Shown: piece after piece, positions 59,832 through 64,000 of the stretch
Position numbering within the stretch: position 1 is the first letter of the stretch
Layout of the letters: each line of letters starts with the position of its first letter
Assembly: GCA_964016885.1 (NCBI GenBank)
Contig: CAXHJY010000401.1
Span: forward strand, 273,587-337,586
From: Eledone cirrhosa
Taxonomy: Eukaryota
Direction: 5' to 3'
DNA length: 64,000 bases
The notes under the pieces: model-generated
What the model was told of the DNA's origin: nothing
The model's database searches: none
The model's input: the letters and a program-made list of their open reading frames with translations, nothing else
Translations under genes and position numbers: made by a program

Positions 59832-60148
59832 TTTGTTGAAAGATGGGAGAGAGAGAGGCTAGCATGGCCCGAGTGAATGGGCCTACTCTGGGTATGACCC
59901 TGTAAATTGAAGATGGAAAACTAGGAGAGGACACCGTGGTTTTTTTAATGGGCTTTCTCCACGAATGTCTCTCGGAAGTCTCCTCCTTATTGGGGAATTT
60001 TTCATTGTTTCTTTTTTTGTTACATTCTCTGTTTTTATTTTTTACACGCAGAAATGTCCATTTGTACCGTCCTGTACTGTCTTTAATGTTTTACTTTGTG
60101 TAAACCCTTGTGGTTAATAAAGAAAGCATTATTATTATTATTATTATT
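59832..60148 (+). mobile_element. Probable LINE (L1/Tx1-like) 3' end; related tail fragments at ~36550-36665, 38095-38190 (-), 41770-41828
   Basis: FVERWEREASMARVNGPTLGMTL* followed by a UTR ending cccttgtgg..aataaagaa and (att)n. Clade assignment is inference. Confidence 0.45.
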
Positions 60149-60149
60149 T

Positions 60150-60341
60150 TACCGGTGGTGGATTGGCAGTATCGGTAGAGCGTCGGACGCCATGCTTTGA
60201 CGCACAGAGTTACGGTCCTTTACGATCTAAGTTCAAATGCAGCCGAGGTTAACTTTGCCTTTCATCCTTACGGGGGTTGATAAAATAAAATACCAGTAAT
60301 GTACTGGGGTAATTGCTGGCCTTGTGCCAAAAGTAAAAACA

Positions 60342-60377
<36 letters not shown>
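60150..60377 (+). mobile_element. Full-length family A SINE with (ATT)n tail
   Basis: A-box tggcagtatcgg, B-box agttcaaat, family tail, (att)n on both sides. Confidence 0.85.
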
Positions 60378-60378
<1 letters not shown>

Positions 60379-60405
60379 TTTCTTTTTTTTTTGTAATTTT
60401 TCTAG

Positions 60406-60698
60406 GTTGTAAGCGACAGTTTGGCTCTATCTTGCAAATGTCACGGGGTGTCCGGCTCGTGTAATATAAAGACGTGCTGGAAGTCACTGGCAGACTTCCC
60501 CATAATCGGGGTGGAGTTGAAGAAACGGCATTCTTTGGCTGTCGAGGTGAAGACGAAGAGGGTGAAGAAAAAACGAACGTTCGTTCCGCTGAGGACGCGT
60601 GTGCAACCTATAAGGCCCGATGAGTTCATATATTACACAAAATCTCCCGATTATTGTCACAAAGACCCGGAGATCGGATCAGTAGGAACATACGGACG
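60406..60698 (+). CDS. Wnt11: Next coding exon of the same Wnt11-like gene
   Basis: Acceptor ttttctag (AG 60404-60405), donor cg|gtgagt at 60699. VVSDSLALSCKCHGVSGSCNIKTCWKSLADF...KSPDYCHKDPEIGSVGTYGR contains the Wnt CKCHGVSGSC lipidation motif, KTCW and SPDYC. Its phase 0 start joins in frame to the 12602-12882 exon. Confidence 0.95.
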
Positions 60699-61489
60699 GT
60701 GAGTACTGGCCAGCGGTGGTGTGTGTGTCTCTCTCTGTCTGTCTCCCCCACCCACCCCACTCTCACCCCTCCCTCCCTCCCTCCCTCCCCTCTCTCTTAC
60801 CCCTCCCTCTCACCCCTCCCTCTCACCCCTCTCTCTCACCTCTCTCTCTCACCCCTCCCTCTCACCCCTCCCTCTCACCCCTCCCTCTTACCCCTCTCTC
60901 TCACCCCTCCCTCTTACCCCTCTCTCTCACCCCTCTCTCACCCCTCCCTCTTACCCCTCTCTCTCTCACCCCTCTCTCTCACCCCTCTCTCTCACCCCTC
61001 TATCTCTCCCTCACCCCCTCTCTCCCTCTCGCCTCATCCCCTCTCGCCTCATCCCCTCTCTCACTCTCCCCACCCCCTCTCACTCGCCTCTCTCACTCTC
61101 CCCACCCCCTCCCACTCTCCCCTCTCACTCCCTCTCACTCCCTCTCACTCGTCCCTTATTGTATTTGCCTTTTAAAAAAAGGGGGTCTCAAATTGTTTTT
61201 TCATATATAAAGAACTTTGTAACGCGAACTGGCGCGAAATTTATTATACTTATTCACGTGACAGTCATCAACCAACCAAATTACTTTTTTTAAAAACCCA
61301 GCATTTCGAGCCACTTTTTCCATATAAAACAGAAATAACATTCAAACACCAACCAGATGCGAGAAAAACCATCAACCCTCCATCTCAATTCTACTTTTGA
61401 AAAGTATAAGAACTGTGAAACCGGTAAAGGGAACAAATAAATATTCTTAAAAAGACTCCAGTTGCATTTTCGATTTCTTTTCCTTATAC

Positions 61490-61559
<70 letters not shown>

Positions 61560-61794
61560 ATGTATGCAAGGGTGGGACGGGTCCTATTCAACGCAGCAGC
61601 TCTCATATATATATATATATATATGTGTGTGTAAATGAAGTAATTCCGTCGGTAAAGTCCAGGAAAAAAGAGTGCTCTATGTAAGTAACAGAGCTTAATA
61701 GTTATGTAATAATAATTGCCTTATGTTGTTTATTACATAAATATATATATATATATATACATATATATATGTATATATATATATGTAAATATAT

Positions 61795-61830
<36 letters not shown>

Positions 61831-62963
61831 GTGTGTGTGTGTATTTATTGACACGTATATAACACATCATCACCAACACCACTAACTTCCCCACCTCCAC
61901 CCCGCCCTACTAACACCACCACCACCAACACCACCACTAACTTCCCCACCTCCACCCCGCCCCACTAACACCACCACCACCAACACCATTAACTTCCCCA
62001 CCTCCACCCCACCCCACTAATACCACCACCACCAACACCACTAACTTCCCCACCTCCACCTCACCCCACTAACACCACCGCCACCACCACCACTAACTTC
62101 TCCACCCCACCCCACTAACAACACCACCACCACCACCACCACCACTAACTTCTCCACCCCACCCCACTAACAACACCACCACCACCACCACCACCACTAA
62201 CTTCCCCACCTCCACTTCACCCCACTAACACCACCACGACCACCACCACTAACTTCCCCACCTCCACCCCACCCCACCAACACCACCACCACCACCACTA
62301 ACTTCCCCACCCCACTAACAACACCACCACCACCACCACCACTAACTTCTCCACCCCACCCCACTAACAACACCACCACCACCACCACCACTAACTTCTC
62401 CACCCCACCCCACTAACAACACCACCACCACCACCACCACCACCACCACTAACTTCTCCACCCCACCCCACTAACACCACCACCACCACCACCACCACCA
62501 CTAACTTCCCCACCTCCACTTCACCCCACTAACACCACCACGACCACCACCATTAACTTCCCCACCTCCACCCCACCCCACCAACACCACCACCACCACC
62601 ACTAACTTCGCCACCTCCACCCCACCCCACTAACAACACCACCACCACCACCACCACCACCACCACTAACTTCTCCACCCCACCCCACTAACACCACCAC
62701 CACCACCACCACCACCACTAACTTCCCCACCTCCACTTCACCCCACTAACACCACCACGACCACCACCATTAACTTCCCCACCTCCACCCCACCCCACCA
62801 ACACCACCACCACCACCACTAACTTCGCCACCTCCACCCCACCCCACTAACACCACCACCACTAACACCACCACCACCAACACCACCACCACCACTAACT
62901 TCGCCCCCCCCCCCCACTAACACCACCACCAACAACGCCCCCCCCCCCCCACCACCACCTAGA

Positions 62964-63007
<44 letters not shown>

Positions 63008-63510
63008 ATATATATAGTAAGACCATTCCTATGTTGTGCGCAAGTGTTTCAGTGAAATCCTATCTGCAGTGTAATTAGCTTTGTTAATCTCCTCAAGTCA
63101 AAGCTAGCGGCGGCCATGTTGAAATACATGGGAACATCGTAAACACAGCTAAACAGCCGCTTGCAGTTTCACCGTGAAACTTTATAGCGAAACAGAGACC
63201 ATGTTTGGTCTATGTATGTATGTCTGTCTGTATGTGTGTATGTGTGTGTGTGTATGTCTGTATGTGTGTGTGTGTGTGTGTGTGCATTTATTTATTTATA
63301 TATGTATATATATATTAACATAAGTATATATATATATATATATATATTTATTTACATATGTATATATATATGTATATTTATATATATATATATTTATATA
63401 TGTATATGTATATACATTTATAAATATTTATATATATTTATATATGTATATGCATATGTATTTATTTATAAATATTTATATATATATATATATACATGTG
63501 TGTGTGTTTG

Positions 63511-63584
<74 letters not shown>

Positions 63585-64000
63585 CAGACATAAAAACATG
63601 CACACATACATATACACACAAACACACACACACATATATGTATGTATATATCAAAACTCACCAAAGGAAAACACGAGAGAACAATATTGTATATATATAT
63701 ATATATATAGATAGATAGATATTTAGTGTATATATATATATATATACAGATAAATCTACCACTCAATGGTAGGGTCCAAGCCATATGAAGAACTCAATGT
63801 AATCCGTATGTAGATGTCGTGAAGCAAAGTTTAAAATACACAAAATTCCCAACGATATAATCTATTGGATACAGAGTCAAAATTAGAAATATTAAAACAA
63901 TGAAATTAAACAAAAAACGGTTAATTCATAGTAAAACTAATTATTTTACAATCGTTTCTAGGGGGGTACTTCCCTGTCATGTCCATTCAATTATTGATCT

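Overview
Eukaryotic, AT-rich, microsatellite-saturated genomic DNA, most likely a coleoid cephalopod (octopod-type SINEs; inference). The only host coding sequence I can support is two plus-strand exons of a Wnt gene, best matching Wnt11 (12602-12882 and 60406-60698), separated by a 47.5-kb intron; the other exons lie outside the window. Nearly all ORF-track entries are translations of (TA)n/(CA)n/(ACC)n-type repeats. The introns contain a 5'-truncated Penelope-like element (RT thumb plus GIY-YIG, open for 344 codons), Helitron, RTE, CRE-like and probable L1/Tx1-like fragments, two tRNA-derived SINE families and many minisatellites. The most unusual signals are (i) about a dozen hammerhead-ribozyme-like motifs from several families embedded in (TA)n, including three fold-back palindromes made of two divergent hammerheads, a U3-A8 core variant and two hammerheads with ~90-nt branched stem II; (ii) two minisatellites amplified from inside LINE coding sequence; (iii) inverted SINEs bracketing a Wnt exon; (iv) a 10-bp-periodic tract that flips strand. 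All structures were read by eye, not computed.
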